DNA of 64,000 nt, taken from the NCBI GenBank assembly GCA_031414775.1, contig JANOQI010000041.1, positions 64,001 through 128,000 of the forward strand, read 5' to 3'. How positions within the stretch are numbered: the stretch's first letter is position 1; each line of letters starts with the position of its first letter. Shown here piece by piece: positions 30,151 through 42,100 of this stretch. The stretch comes from Synechococcales cyanobacterium VAR_4_metabat_354. GTDB taxonomy: Bacteria; Cyanobacteriota; Cyanobacteriia; Cyanobacteriales; Chamaesiphonaceae. The notes below the pieces were generated by a model that searched no databases, was not told the origin of the DNA, and was given only the letters and a program-made list of their open reading frames with translations. The translations under genes were made by a program, and so were the position numbers.

Positions 30151-30627
30151 ATGTCTATGCTTCATATCAATCAACCGGCACCGGCTTTTAAATTGGTTAA
30201 TCAAGCTGAAGAAATTATCAATTTGTCAGATTTTAGTGGGCAGTGGCTAATATTATATTTTTATCCGAAGGATAATACACCGGGTTGTACCACCGAAGCT
30301 TTAGACTTTACTGCTTTACACACAGAATTTACTCAGCTTGGTGTCACGGTGGTAGGAATTAGCCCCGATTCTGTTTCATCCCATGGCAAATTTATTACCA
30401 AACAGAATTTGCAAATTATGCTCCTCAGTGACTTTGATCACCAAGTGGCTGAAGCCTATGGGGTCTGGCAACTCAAGAAATTTATGGGCAAAGAATATAT
30501 GGGAATTGTTCGATCGACCTTTGTGATCGATCCCCAAGGCAACCTAGCTCAGACCTGGCTCAAAGTAAAAGTCAAAGGTCACGCAGTGGGGGTTCTAGAA
30601 TGGCTAACTAATCATATGGCTAGTTAA
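30151..30627 (+). CDS. bcp: Peroxiredoxin Q / BCP
   Basis: LYFYPKDNTPGCTTEA, GISPD, RSTFVID. Confidence 0.93.
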   Translation: MSMLHINQPAPAFKLVNQAEEIINLSDFSGQWLILYFYPKDNTPGCTTEALDFTALHTEFTQLGVTVVGISPDSVSSHGKFITKQNLQIMLLSDFDHQVAEAYGVWQLKKFMGKEYMGIVRSTFVIDPQGNLAQTWLKVKVKGHAVGVLEWLTNHMAS

Positions 30628-30637
30628 TACTTGACTC

Positions 30638-30925
30638 TTAGTCAGCCATGATTTTTGGCACCCGAAAGAACTCGCCTTCGATTGCGGGGGCGGCGGCATA
30701 AATTCCGTCTAGATTCTCGTAGCTGACCTGGGCATCATGGCGGGTAATATTTTGGAGATCGATCGCCCGCAAGGTTGGCTCCACATTTTCAGTATCCAGT
30801 TCACTGAGCTGCTCAAAGTAACCCAGAATGCTGCTCATTTGCTGGGCATACTTTTCTTCTTCGGCTTCGGTTAGTTTCAAGCGGGCTAACAGGGCAACTT
30901 TATGAACTTGGTCGCGATCAAGCAT
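30638..30925 (-). CDS. gatC: Asp/Glu-tRNA amidotransferase subunit C
   Basis: VALLARL, LDTENVEPT, FFRVPKI. Confidence 0.95.
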   Translation of the reverse strand: MLDRDQVHKVALLARLKLTEAEEEKYAQQMSSILGYFEQLSELDTENVEPTLRAIDLQNITRHDAQVSYENLDGIYAAAPAIEGEFFRVPKIMAD

Positions 30926-31007
30926 GGGTTTAGTGACTAATATTTAAAGTTAAAGAAGAGACTGATAATTGCTTACCAGTCCTCAAATCTTAGCTGATTT
31001 TGCCCAC

Positions 31008-31529
31008 CTAGAAAAAGACTTCGACGGTGGAGCGACCAGTGGTTTTCAGCCAGTTTTGGGCTTCGATGTAATTGTTGGGGGCAATTTTCACCGCTTGCTT
31101 CCAATAAGATGCTGCCTGATTGAATAGCTCTTCGGCACCGTCCATATCATTATTTTCCTGTGCTCTTTCACCTTGATAATGATAAATTACTGCTACATTA
31201 TTAAGAGCTTGACAGAGACGGGCATTGAGTTCGATCGATTGATGATATAGCTCTAAGGCCTTGGCATGGTCGCCATTACTGGCATAGATCAATCCCATGT
31301 TGTAGAGAATATAGCTTTGGTCGTAGGGATTTTCTTCCAGCCGCAGGGCTTCTTCATAGTTTTCGAGTGCTTCAGCATACTCGCCATCGGCCTGCGCCGA
31401 CATCCCATCTCGATAGTAAACAAATGCTTCCTTGGCCTTTTTGTTAGTCGGCATCATCTTCAGGATCATGTCGGCCATTACCGTAAAGCTTTTATCGATA
31501 AAGTTATCGTTCTTCTGAGTTCTGGGCAT
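31008..31529 (-). CDS. ycf3: Photosystem I assembly protein Ycf3
   Basis: [34 protein letters not shown]. Confidence 0.97.
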   Translation of the reverse strand: MPRTQKNDNFIDKSFTVMADMILKMMPTNKKAKEAFVYYRDGMSAQADGEYAEALENYEEALRLEENPYDQSYILYNMGLIYASNGDHAKALELYHQSIELNARLCQALNNVAVIYHYQGERAQENNDMDGAEELFNQAASYWKQAVKIAPNNYIEAQNWLKTTGRSTVEVFF

Positions 31530-31663
31530 GGTGCAAAGATGAGGTGTTGGATAATTTCCTCCCTAGGATAGCGCTAAAACCGCCAGATTTTGGCCAGATG
31601 GCATGTTGCAAATTATGAAGGTCAGTGGGGTATTTACCATTCACCAAATAAAAATTCTTAAAA

Positions 31664-33931
31664 TTGGAAGAAGTGATCAGAGGCATGGAGATTTCAGCGA
31701 TGGCTACCGAGACAGCAACACTACAAAAAGCCTTGGTCGATGTCCAAGGAATGCAATGTGCTGGTTGTTCGGCGGCGGTAGAGAAACAATTATTAGCCAT
31801 TCCAGGGGTGGCAACCGCTAGCGTTAATCTGCTGACGGCGTTGGCCGTGGTAGAACATGGCATAGAAGTGAGTCCGATCGATCTGGCGCAGCAATTAACC
31901 AATCAAGGTTTTCCCAGCCAATTACGCACCGCCCAAAACTTTTTACCCCAAGCTGATCCACAGCGCAGTCGGCAGTTAATTGGCCAGCTATCGATCGCTA
32001 TTACTCTCCTTGTTTTGTCAGTGATTGGTCACTTCGGACAGTCGGCATTCTTGCCCCATCAACACCAGATGAACTCCTGGAAGTCGGTTTGGTGGCATTG
32101 GGGACTGGCTACTATTGCCTTAACTTTTCCCGGTCGATTTATTTTGGTGGATGGTCTACGCAGTCTGGCGGCTGGTCGTCCCAATATGCACACTTTAGTA
32201 GGTTTGGGATCTGGCACCGCTTACTTAACTAGCATGGTGGCACTGATCTGGCCGCAGTTACAGTGGGAATGCTTTTTTGATGAGCCAGTCATGTTGGTGG
32301 GTGCCATGCTCTTAGGTAAGAGCTTGGAACAATATGCCAAACAAGAGGCTGCCCGCGAATTTGATCAGCTGCTCGCGCTCCAGCCGCCTACCGCACATTT
32401 AGTGATCGGTGAGGGTACGATCGAGATTCCGGTGTCTCAGCTCAAAGTCGGCGAGCAAGTGCAGGTTTTTCCGGGTGAATGTATCCCCGTGGATGGCCAG
32501 ATCCTCGCTGGTCAGAGTGCTGTCGATGAAGCTTTACTGACTGGGGAATCTTTGCCGGTGCTCAGACAACCCGGTGATCAGGTGACTGCTGGTACCATCA
32601 ATCAGTCGGCTCCCTTGACGATCAAGACCCAGCAAGTGGGGGCTGAAACGGTACTGGCCAAGATTGTCGAATTAGTGGCCAACGCCCAAGCCCGCAAAGC
32701 GCCGATTCAGAAGCTAGCTGATGTGGCGGCGGGCTATTTTACCTATGTGGTGATGAGTCTAGCTGTCCTGACTTTGATTGGTTGGTATCTGCTGGGTACT
32801 TACTGGATTACTCTGCCTACTGCCCCGATCTTGTTCAGCCTGAAACTGGCGATTGCTGTGTTGGTGATTGCTTGTCCTTGTGCTTTGGGTTTGGCGACCC
32901 CCACCGCCATTTTGGTCGGCACGGGGATTGGTGCTAAGCAGGGTCTACTCATTAAGGGCGGTGACATCTTAGAACAGATGAATAGCCTCCAGACAGTAGT
33001 GTTTGATAAAACGGGTACGCTGACGTTGGGTAAGCCGCAGGTAGTCAGCTGTCAAACCGATCTACCGTCCGCCGAATTTTGGCCATTGGTGGCCATGGCT
33101 GCCGCTGCTACCACCCATCCCTTGGCGCAATCGATCGAGATTTATGCCGCAGAGCAGGGTTATCTCGCCCTCACCTTAGATAGTAGCGAGACCTTACCTG
33201 GTTTGGGGGTGATCGCTCAGAGTACCACTGGCCAGAAGATTGTGATGGGTAATCCCGCTTGGCTAGCGCAGCAGGGTATTGGGATCAGTGTGCATTGGCA
33301 ACCAGTCACAGCTGAAGGCCAGACTCCAGCAACTTTGGTCTATGTGGCGATCGATCAAGAAGTACTAGGCTTAATTGGGATTACCGATCAACTACGTCCC
33401 GATGCGCTGGCGGCGGTGCAAGATCTGCAAAGTTTGGGGTTAGATGTGGTTTTGCTGACAGGCGATCGAGAGGAAATTGCTGTCGATATTGCGGGGCAAC
33501 TGGGAATTATCCAAGTTTATGCCAACTGTCGTCCGGCTCAAAAAGCGGAGATCATCAAACAATTGCAGACAGCTGGCGCAGTGGCGATGGTAGGCGATGG
33601 CTGGAATGACGCACCGGCGTTGGCACAGGCCAATGTGGGCATGGCCATCAATACTGGCACTGATGTGGCGATCGAAGCGGCCGATGTGATTTTGATGCGC
33701 GATCAACTTGGTGGGGTGGGCAAAGCCATCCGGTTAGCCCAGGCCACTACCCGCAAAATTCAGCAGAATCTTTTCTGGGCGGTGATCTATAACTGTTTAG
33801 GTATTCCGGTAGCGGCGGGTTTTTTGTTTACTTGGCAGATTACGCTCAGTCCAGCGGCGGCAGGGGCGTTGATGGCGATGAGTTCAATTAGTGTGGTTCT
33901 CAATTCGCTCAGCTTACGCTGGCGGAGTTAG
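31664..33931 (+). CDS. Cu(I)-type P1B ATPase (CtaA-like)
   Basis: GMQCAGC, TGES, ACPCALG, DKTGT, HP, GDGWNDAP, YN and MAMSS; start may be an internal ATG (MEISA/MATET). Confidence 0.92.
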   Translation: MEEVIRGMEISAMATETATLQKALVDVQGMQCAGCSAAVEKQLLAIPGVATASVNLLTALAVVEHGIEVSPIDLAQQLTNQGFPSQLRTAQNFLPQADPQRSRQLIGQLSIAITLLVLSVIGHFGQSAFLPHQHQMNSWKSVWWHWGLATIALTFPGRFILVDGLRSLAAGRPNMHTLVGLGSGTAYLTSMVALIWPQLQWECFFDEPVMLVGAMLLGKSLEQYAKQEAAREFDQLLALQPPTAHLVIGEGTIEIPVSQLKVGEQVQVFPGECIPVDGQILAGQSAVDEALLTGESLPVLRQPGDQVTAGTINQSAPLTIKTQQVGAETVLAKIVELVANAQARKAPIQKLADVAAGYFTYVVMSLAVLTLIGWYLLGTYWITLPTAPILFSLKLAIAVLVIACPCALGLATPTAILVGTGIGAKQGLLIKGGDILEQMNSLQTVVFDKTGTLTLGKPQVVSCQTDLPSAEFWPLVAMAAAATTHPLAQSIEIYAAEQGYLALTLDSSETLPGLGVIAQSTTGQKIVMGNPAWLAQQGIGISVHWQPVTAEGQTPATLVYVAIDQEVLGLIGITDQLRPDALAAVQDLQSLGLDVVLLTGDREEIAVDIAGQLGIIQVYANCRPAQKAEIIKQLQTAGAVAMVGDGWNDAPALAQANVGMAINTGTDVAIEAADVILMRDQLGGVGKAIRLAQATTRKIQQNLFWAVIYNCLGIPVAAGFLFTWQITLSPAAAGALMAMSSISVVLNSLSLRWRS

Positions 33932-34204
33932 TTGGCTACGATTCCACAAACTATAGGTTTGTGTCAAATATTTGTATTATGCGGAAAGCTTTTATATAAT
34001 TACCCTAATAGAGCATATATGTGGAAAATTTACAGATAATTACTAGTTATACGGTCAGCCTAATATAGTTTTTAACTAATGATGCGGTTTAACTTCATCG
34101 TTATGTGGACACTAATTGTTTTGCCAAGCTTAATCAGATCTGCGAGCTGAACACCGCAGTGTAAAAGTAGTTCAAACTTATGAAGGTATTTCAGAGAGGC
34201 TCTT

Positions 34205-35497
34205 ATGTCAGGCTCTAACGAAAGCGATGATGAACTCGTATCGGGACGTGTTAACTACTCTAACGACCAGACCACCATCTGGGCTGAGAATCAGTACACT
34301 ACAACTTCAGTCCTTTTCATTGAAACAGGTGAATTTAGAATAGATTTCAAAGGCGACGTAATCTTACGTGTCGAAGTGGCGAACGACTCGGAGAATGACG
34401 GTGAGTTTCATCCGCCAGAACCGCTCGATGCCATCGTTGGGGTTGGCTGGCGAGAAGACAATGGGAGCAGCAAAAGCGGCACCGGCGTGACGGGGATTGG
34501 CGGGAAAGTCGGTGGTTTAGGTATTCACGGCGAAGGTGGCGAGGACGGTACGGGAGTGTTTGCTGATGCTGGTGGCCAAGCAGCGGGGGTCATCAGCCTC
34601 GGCGGACCGCGCCAGGGCACAGGTGTATTCGGCTTAGGATCGGGCGGGGAGCGCCTGAATCGGCGAGGAGCTGGAGGTATTGGCGTTCATGGTGTTGGAG
34701 GAGTCGGAGATCTGCAAGCCGGATTGCCTGCACCGCCGGGACAGCCTACACCCCCAGATATCATGCCTGGAACTGGAGTTTTTGGTCAGGGCGGAAAAAT
34801 CGGCCTGGACTCGAACACGAAGCGACTGTTGCTGGGAGCGGGTATCATTGGTGTTGGTGGTGATGCTGGCAACAAAGATATGCCTTCTCTGCAAGACTCT
34901 GGCAGTGCTGGAGTGTTTGGCCAGGGTGCGGAAGCCGTAATTGAGAATATCTTTGACAGCGGAACATCGATCTCCGTCGGTCCAAAAGAAGCTGGTCCAG
35001 GTGTTGTCGGACGCGGCGGAGTGACGATTACGTCAGACTTTCGCCTAGAACTCCCAGTCGGTGCCGGTGTCATTGGCTTGGCGGGAGGTCAGAACAAACC
35101 AGCAATCACTGAAACTGGCGACACGGGTGTATTCGGATTAGGTCGGATGGGCGTTCAAGGTCATGGAATCGCAGGTCCTGGCCTTATCGCACGCTCAGAT
35201 CAGGATCGCGGCGGGGTGTTCAAATCGGATATTTCCGCCCAAATTCGGCTGGTGCCTAAAAAGGTGGGAACGCGATTGCCTGAAGCATCGGCTGTTACTC
35301 CCACTGGCATCTCCGAAGTTGCTGTCAAGAGTGGTGTTGTGTCATTGCCGAAAGCAGGCCAAGGTGGCGATCTCATGACGCTCATCGATGATACCCGTCG
35401 CTGCACGTTATGGTTCTGTGTTCAGGACCCAAGTGGGGGCCAACCGGCCCGCTGGGCCCAGGTTCTGCTCGGACCTGACTTTGACGGACAGAGCTAA
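34205..35497 (+). CDS. Glycine-rich repeat protein of unknown function
   Basis: More than ten GxG(V/I)xGxG-type repeats; GAGG RBS; no signal peptide. Confidence 0.8.
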   Translation: MSGSNESDDELVSGRVNYSNDQTTIWAENQYTTTSVLFIETGEFRIDFKGDVILRVEVANDSENDGEFHPPEPLDAIVGVGWREDNGSSKSGTGVTGIGGKVGGLGIHGEGGEDGTGVFADAGGQAAGVISLGGPRQGTGVFGLGSGGERLNRRGAGGIGVHGVGGVGDLQAGLPAPPGQPTPPDIMPGTGVFGQGGKIGLDSNTKRLLLGAGIIGVGGDAGNKDMPSLQDSGSAGVFGQGAEAVIENIFDSGTSISVGPKEAGPGVVGRGGVTITSDFRLELPVGAGVIGLAGGQNKPAITETGDTGVFGLGRMGVQGHGIAGPGLIARSDQDRGGVFKSDISAQIRLVPKKVGTRLPEASAVTPTGISEVAVKSGVVSLPKAGQGGDLMTLIDDTRRCTLWFCVQDPSGGQPARWAQVLLGPDFDGQS

Positions 35498-35543
35498 TCA
35501 ACTGCTGTTTGCAGAGCGTCTCCTAACTAAGAAACGCTCACAA

Positions 35544-36896
35544 TTATGAACCTTTCAACTTCCAGCCAGGTTTGACCACCTGCTTGGCTCTAGCAATGAC
35601 CAAGGAATCATTCGCCACATTTTCCGTAACCGTCGAACCAGCCGCGATCGTTACATTTGCTCCAATATTCAGCGGTGCCACCAACACACTATTAGAACCA
35701 GTTTTACTATTGGCTCCAATCACGGTTTGGTGCTTTTGCACGCCATCATAGTTAGCCGTAATGGTGCCCGCTCCCACATTTACTTGTTGGCCGGTAGTTG
35801 TATCCCCCAGATAGGAGAGATGCGCCACATTCGTACCTACCCCTAAAGTGGTTTTTTTCAGCTCGACAAAATTCCCCACCCGGCAATTATTCCCAACTTG
35901 CACCTGCTGGCGTAGATGGGCGTAGGGACCAATCCGAATATGATTCCCAATCTGGGAATCGGTAATCACCGAATACATCACCGTACAACCCTGGCCAATT
36001 TCGCTGTTTTCAATCAGCGAGCCGGGACCAATTCGACTACCTGTTCCAATCTTGGTATTACCACGTAAATGGGTTTGGGGTTCAATAATTACGTCATTAC
36101 CAATTTCTACGGTGTCATCGATCGTAATGCTACCCGGATCGATCAAAGTCACCCCGGCGGCCATCCAGCGGTCTTTGAGGCGGTTTTGCATAATTTCGTA
36201 AGCGCCAGCTAGTTGCTTGCGATCGTTGATCCCCAAAATTTCTTGGTAATCATCAACATCCACCACCATCACTGGTGATAGAAAATTTACCGCATCGGTA
36301 ATGTAATATTCTTGTTGATCGTTGTTGCTTTGTAGCTGAGGCAAAACTGCCTGGAGCTGCGGCCAATTAAAGCAGTAAATACCAGCATTTACTCGCTGAT
36401 TTTGGCGCTGGGCAGGTGTACAATCACGGTCTTCCACAATTTCTTTCAGCAGATTTTGGCTATCGCAAAAGACCCGGCCATAACCGCTAGGATCGGGTAT
36501 TTTCGCCGTCAGGATAGTAGCGGCATTTTTGTTGTGCTGGTGAGTTTGCAGAAGGCTGCGTAAAGTCTCGGGGCGCAACAGAGGTACATCGCCGTTAAGA
36601 ACTAGCAAATCCCCCTGAAAATTTTGTAAGTAGGGCAAGAGTTGCTGCACGGCGTGACCGGTGCCTAGCTGCTGGGTCTGTTCCACAAATTCTAAATTGG
36701 GGATATGCCCTAAAGCTGTGCGTACTTGTTCGGCTTGGTAGCCAATGATGGCCAGTTGTCTTTCGGGTTTTAAGCCCACACAGCCTAGTAGAACCTGCTC
36801 CACGAGTGTCCGACCACCTAAGGCATGTAAAACCTTTGGTAAGCTGGATTTCATTCTTGTACCTTTACCCGCTGCCAAAATTGCTACTGCTACCAT
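35544..36896 (-). CDS. glmU: Bifunctional GlcNAc-1-P uridyltransferase/acetyltransferase
   Basis: [45 protein letters not shown]. Confidence 0.97.
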   Translation of the reverse strand: MVAVAILAAGKGTRMKSSLPKVLHALGGRTLVEQVLLGCVGLKPERQLAIIGYQAEQVRTALGHIPNLEFVEQTQQLGTGHAVQQLLPYLQNFQGDLLVLNGDVPLLRPETLRSLLQTHQHNKNAATILTAKIPDPSGYGRVFCDSQNLLKEIVEDRDCTPAQRQNQRVNAGIYCFNWPQLQAVLPQLQSNNDQQEYYITDAVNFLSPVMVVDVDDYQEILGINDRKQLAGAYEIMQNRLKDRWMAAGVTLIDPGSITIDDTVEIGNDVIIEPQTHLRGNTKIGTGSRIGPGSLIENSEIGQGCTVMYSVITDSQIGNHIRIGPYAHLRQQVQVGNNCRVGNFVELKKTTLGVGTNVAHLSYLGDTTTGQQVNVGAGTITANYDGVQKHQTVIGANSKTGSNSVLVAPLNIGANVTIAAGSTVTENVANDSLVIARAKQVVKPGWKLKGS

Positions 36897-37087
36897 AAAA
36901 CCTGGTAAAAAATTACGAAACGATCGACACCATAGATTACCAAAATCTTTGCATTGTTAGTGAAATTTTGTGGCGACGGGTCTAGTATTTTCTGGTCTAA
37001 TCAAACTGTCTGGCTTGTCTGGTAGCCCAGTGCGGTAGAATCTTGGGTATTGGCCAGCCGTGACGGTGATATAAAATTTAGGAACTT

Positions 37088-38680
37088 ATGAGCTTTAATG
37101 AACTGGTAAATCAGCTTAATACTGGCACCATTTTGCCAGAAGTGATTGTAACCTTGACGATTTTAGCCGTTTTGGTGGCTGACCTCATTTTTGGAAGGAA
37201 GCAGGCGCGTCCGATCGCTTATCTGGCCATCGCTGGTTTGGGGGTCGCAATTGGAGCCTTGGTCTTGCAGTGGGGCATCCCTAACAATATTGGCTTTTTT
37301 GGGGCAATCACCAGTGATCCGCTGAGTGTAATTTTTCGCGGCATCATTGTGCTGTCGGCAGCAGTAACCATTCTGATGTCGATCCGCTATGTGGAGCAGA
37401 CCGGTACGGCTTTGGCCGAGTTTATCGCCATTTTGCTATCAGCGACTTTAGGGGGAATGTTTTTATCGGCAGCGACCGAGCTAGTCACGATTTTCGTGTC
37501 CTTGGAGACCCTCAGTATTTCTTCTTATATGATGACGGGCTACATGAAGCGCGATCCCCGTTCCAATGAAGCCGCCCTCAAATACTTGTTGATTGGAGCC
37601 GTTAGTTCGGCGGTGTTTTTATACGGGGTGTCCTTGCTCTACGGGCTATCTGGTGGGGAAACTAAACTGGCGGCGATCGCCGCAGGTATTGCCGCAGCAC
37701 CCGGCAATTTGTCTTTAGGTCTAGTCGTATCGCTAGTGTTTGTGATTGCTGGTATTGCCTTTAAGATTTCGGCGGTGCCCTTCCACCAGTGGACTCCCGA
37801 TGTTTACGAAGGTTCACCGACTCCAGTTGTGGCTTTCTTATCGGTTGGTTCTAAGTCTGCTGGTTTTGCCCTAGCGATTCGGTTATTGGTGACGGCTTTC
37901 CCTGCTGTGCGCGATGAATGGCATTTCGTATTTACAGTGCTGGCGGTGCTCAGTATGGTGTTGGGCAACGTGGTGGCTTTAGCCCAGACCAGTATGAAGC
38001 GGATGTTGGCTTATTCTTCGATCGCACAGGCTGGTTTTGTGATGATTGGTCTGTTGATTGGCACTGAAGCTGGCTACAGCAGCATGTTGTTCTACTTGCT
38101 AATCTATCTATTCATGAACCTTGGTGGTTTTATTTGTGTAATCCTCTTCACCTTGCGTACTGGTACTGACCAGATTACCGAATATGCTGGTCTGTATCAT
38201 AAAGATCCGCTGCTGACTTTATGTTTGAGTATCTGCTTATTATCATTAGGCGGTATTCCACCTTTAGCCGGTTTCTTTGGCAAGATTTATATCTTCTGGG
38301 CTGGTTGGCAAGCGGGAGCTTATGGTTTAGTATTGTTGGCCTTGGTAACCAGTGTAGTTTCGATCTACTACTATATTCGGGTCGTCAAAATGATGGTAGT
38401 CAAAGAACCGCAGGAAATGTCAGCATCTGTTAAAGCCTATCCGCGTAGTGATTGGCAATTACCCGGCATGCGTCCATTGCAAGTTGGTTTGCTGTTAATG
38501 GTGGCTGCTAGTTCATTAGCGGGGATCTTCGCTAACCCACTGCTGACTTTGGCGACTAACTCCGTTATCCAAACTCCCATGTTACAAGGTGCGATTGCTG
38601 CCCATTCGCAGACTATTAATACGTTCAAGGCATCTCAGCCAGTGTTAGTTGCACCGGCTGTCGTTATCCTAGGCAAATAA
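37088..38680 (+). CDS. ndhB: NDH-1 subunit 2
   Basis: [45 protein letters not shown]. Confidence 0.97.
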   Translation: MSFNELVNQLNTGTILPEVIVTLTILAVLVADLIFGRKQARPIAYLAIAGLGVAIGALVLQWGIPNNIGFFGAITSDPLSVIFRGIIVLSAAVTILMSIRYVEQTGTALAEFIAILLSATLGGMFLSAATELVTIFVSLETLSISSYMMTGYMKRDPRSNEAALKYLLIGAVSSAVFLYGVSLLYGLSGGETKLAAIAAGIAAAPGNLSLGLVVSLVFVIAGIAFKISAVPFHQWTPDVYEGSPTPVVAFLSVGSKSAGFALAIRLLVTAFPAVRDEWHFVFTVLAVLSMVLGNVVALAQTSMKRMLAYSSIAQAGFVMIGLLIGTEAGYSSMLFYLLIYLFMNLGGFICVILFTLRTGTDQITEYAGLYHKDPLLTLCLSICLLSLGGIPPLAGFFGKIYIFWAGWQAGAYGLVLLALVTSVVSIYYYIRVVKMMVVKEPQEMSASVKAYPRSDWQLPGMRPLQVGLLLMVAASSLAGIFANPLLTLATNSVIQTPMLQGAIAAHSQTINTFKASQPVLVAPAVVILGK

Positions 38681-38697
38681 TTCACATCATAGTTGCA

Positions 38698-38743
38698 ATT
38701 AAAAAGCATTGTCTCAAAATTAGTTGAGACAATGCTTTTTAAT
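38698..38743 (+). terminator. Intrinsic terminator after ndhB
   Basis: ATTAAAAAGCATTGTCTCAA-aattag-TTGAGACAATGCTTTTTAAT. Confidence 0.85.
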
Positions 38744-39174
38744 CAGCATGAGAATTTTTTATAGGCAATACTGATGACTAATTTTCAGTAAATGAGGCTT
38801 ATGATGTTACAAAAAATACAAAATAAAAATTGCTGAAATGTCAATTTCCAATTTATTTTCCTGAATGAATTTATGGATTGCTTAATTCTTAAGACAAAGG
38901 CTGAAAATATTATGAGAACTATTACAGGCAAGGTCTAAGCCGCATTTATCCTAGCTATTTCGGATAGAAAGATAAACTGTTAACCAAAATCTAAAGACTT
39001 TGTGTAGGTATTTATATGGTACAAATCTAAAGACATTTACCCAATGGGTAATGTAGATAAATTATAATCACCTGCTCAATTGGCATCGGTGAGAAATTTT
39101 TCATTAATTTCTGTTTTCCCGACCGTTTGAGGGAATAATGATGACAACAAGATTAGGAGAATAAAAAATCTGTC

Positions 39175-42100
39175 ATGTTAAGTAGAGTTCCAGAAAACAA
39201 GATGCACTTAGTCCGGTGGTTGCTCACCATAGGGTGGGTGATTTTGATCATATCTGCTTTTTATGATCCGATTTCCCTAGCACTTACCGCCCCTGACAAT
39301 TTACTTAGTCCTGTGCGTGTTCATCCCGAACGTTGTGTCTTGGAGCACGGTATCTGCTTGCCACAGGTTAGTTATGCCTTGGCGCCCCGTATTTTTTGGG
39401 GGGTGGTGATTCCAGTTGGTGTGCTTATTTTGCTGGTCGGTGGCCATGAAACTTGGCGACGGATGTGCCCTCTGTATTTTCTATCTCAGATTCCGCGCAA
39501 GCTAGGGATTCAGCGCAAGCGCAAAAAAACTAATGCTGAGACTGGGGCTGTGCGTCAAGAATTGGTGGGAGTAAATGCTCAATCTTGGCTTGGTAAAAAT
39601 TATGCCTATGTCCAGCTCGCTTTACTTTTTTTAGGACTGAATATTCGATTGTTGGTAGCCGATGGTAGCGCTTTAGGCTTTGGGCTGTTTATGGTGGCTA
39701 CCGTAGCTGCGGCGATCACTGTGGGCTATTTGTTTAAAGGCCGGAGCTGGTGTCAGTATTTTTGCCCAATGGCTCCGGTACAAGTTTTTTATACTAGTAA
39801 TCGTGGATTGCTGGGTAGTAATGCACATATGAGTCCTCCGGCTAGTGTGACTCAATCGATGTGCCGGAGCGTAGATGCTAATGGCAAGGAAAAAAGTGCT
39901 TGTGTGAGCTGTCAGTCACCTTGTTTGGATATCGATGCTGAACGCACCTACTGGGCAAACCTAGACCGCCCAGAACAGCTATTGCTGTTTTATGGCTATT
40001 TTGGCTTAATGCTGGGCTTTTTTCTCTATTATTATCTGCACGCTGGTAACTGGGACTATTATTTTTCGGGGGTTTGGAGTCATCGTGAGCGTCCGCTTAG
40101 TAGTCTTTTGGAGCCAGGATTTTTTATTAATGGTCGTGCTATTGCTATCCCCGAAATTGTGGCAGTGCCATTAACTTTGGGCTTGTCCACTGCTGCTAGC
40201 TATTGGGGTGGTTTCGGGCTAGAGAAATTGATTAAATCGCAACGCCAGCAGTGGAGCGATCAACAGGTGCGCCATGTCAGTTATATATTGACGGTATTTT
40301 TATCTTTTAATGTCTTTTTTATCTTTGCTGGTCGGCCTAATCTAGAGCTGTTACCAGAATGGATGGAATTGATATTCAATGGCTTTTTGATGTTGGTGGC
40401 TGCTCTGTGGCTCCAGCGTAACTTGCTCCGTAGTAAGCCGCTCTATCAGAGAGAAAGCTTGACAGGGAGTCTGCGCCGTCAGCTCCAAAAACTGACGATC
40501 AGCTGGACGGAATTTTTAGAAGGTCGATCGATCGAAGATCTCAACACCAACGAAGTTTATGTGTTGGCGAAGGTACTACCAGGATTTAATCGTCAATCTC
40601 GTCTTCAGGTTTACCAAGGAGTGCTCCAAGAAGCGGTGGCTGAAGGAAAAACCCAGTCGGCTAACAGCCTAGAAATGCTCCAAGATATCCGCGAAGAATT
40701 GCAAGTGACCGCCGAAGATCACTACCATATTCTGGCTAACCTTGGCATTGAAAACCCCACTTTGCTCGATCCCAGTATTCAACGCAGTCGCGAAGACCAA
40801 CTACGGTTGGATAGCTATCAGCGGGGACTAGAAGTATTGATGCTGGATTTGGTCGCTAGCCATGTGCCGATCGAACAGGCTTTGCAACAGAAACAAGCTC
40901 AAATCAATGTGATGCGTCAAGAATATAGTATCAGCACTGCGGAGCAAGAGCAGGTATTATGGACACTCTTCCATCCCAATAGTGCTTTGCTTACTACTAG
41001 CACAGCCTTGCTGGGTAAACTTCAGCTCTGGAGTACGAGGCAGCAGTCTCTAACCATGATTCCGCCCTACCCGCCAGCACCGGTTTATCATTTGCTGAGA
41101 TCGATCGTTGATGATCAGCAGCGTTTGATGGTGGTACAACTATTCAATATTCTGGAGATGTTGGCCGATGAACCCGCTGCCCTAGAAATTGCCAATACTA
41201 CGTCTTTACTGGCTCCCGAAATAGTCAAAGATCTACTGGATGCCAGTACCAAAAAGCGGCTTTTGCCCCAGATTTGCGAAATACTGACGAACCAAAAACC
41301 GGTGACAGTGGATACGACTAGAACTGTCTTGCTTGATCCGATGGATAGTTTAGACGCGACCATTCTCAACGAAACTATTACCCAAATCACCCAATTAAAT
41401 AGCCAATCGCTACCGATGATGGGTTTAGTGGAGGTTTTACAAGATTTATTGCAAGAGATCGATCCTTTGGTCAAAGCAGCTAGTCTTTACGCTCTCCAAC
41501 AACTGGAGCCAGAGCTGACCAGTCGGATTGTGCATACTTTGGATCGTGGCTCGGAACCGTTGCTGCAAGAATTGATTGATCAAATTTTGCAACGACCGCT
41601 GGCGGTGGAACAAGTTCCCACTCTGACGCTAGATTTAGAAATTTATGGTCAGTATGATCAGCAGGTTTATCAACAGCCGATCGTCAGTGTCGGCAGGTCT
41701 GAGGAAAATAGCTTAGTAATTCTTGATCGACAAGTTTCTCGCCGTCATGCCCTATTTAAGCTAAATGCTCATGGCTTGGCTGTTAGAGACTTAGGTAGTA
41801 GTAATGGTTTGCGTGTACAGCAGCATTATCTTCACAATGAAGAACAAGCTATTGCTAGTGGTACTAAGATTCATTTGTGTCCCAGCGATGATATCTTAAT
41901 TACTGCCCATTGGTCGATGATGGCAGCGAATTCTAAAGAGCAGCCCATTACAATCCTAGAGAAAATACTATGGTTGCGTTCTAGTCCTTTGTTTCAGGCT
42001 TTGAATCATCAGAGTTTGTTAGCAGTAGCACAGAGCAGTAGCTTGAGTATTTACACCCAGGGTGAGATCCTTTGCGAGCAGGGCGAACCAGCCCAAGCTC

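Noticed and set aside
34080..34200. Possible riboswitch upstream of the Gly-rich gene
   Set aside because: No match by eye to known riboswitch cores; an Infernal/Rfam scan would be needed
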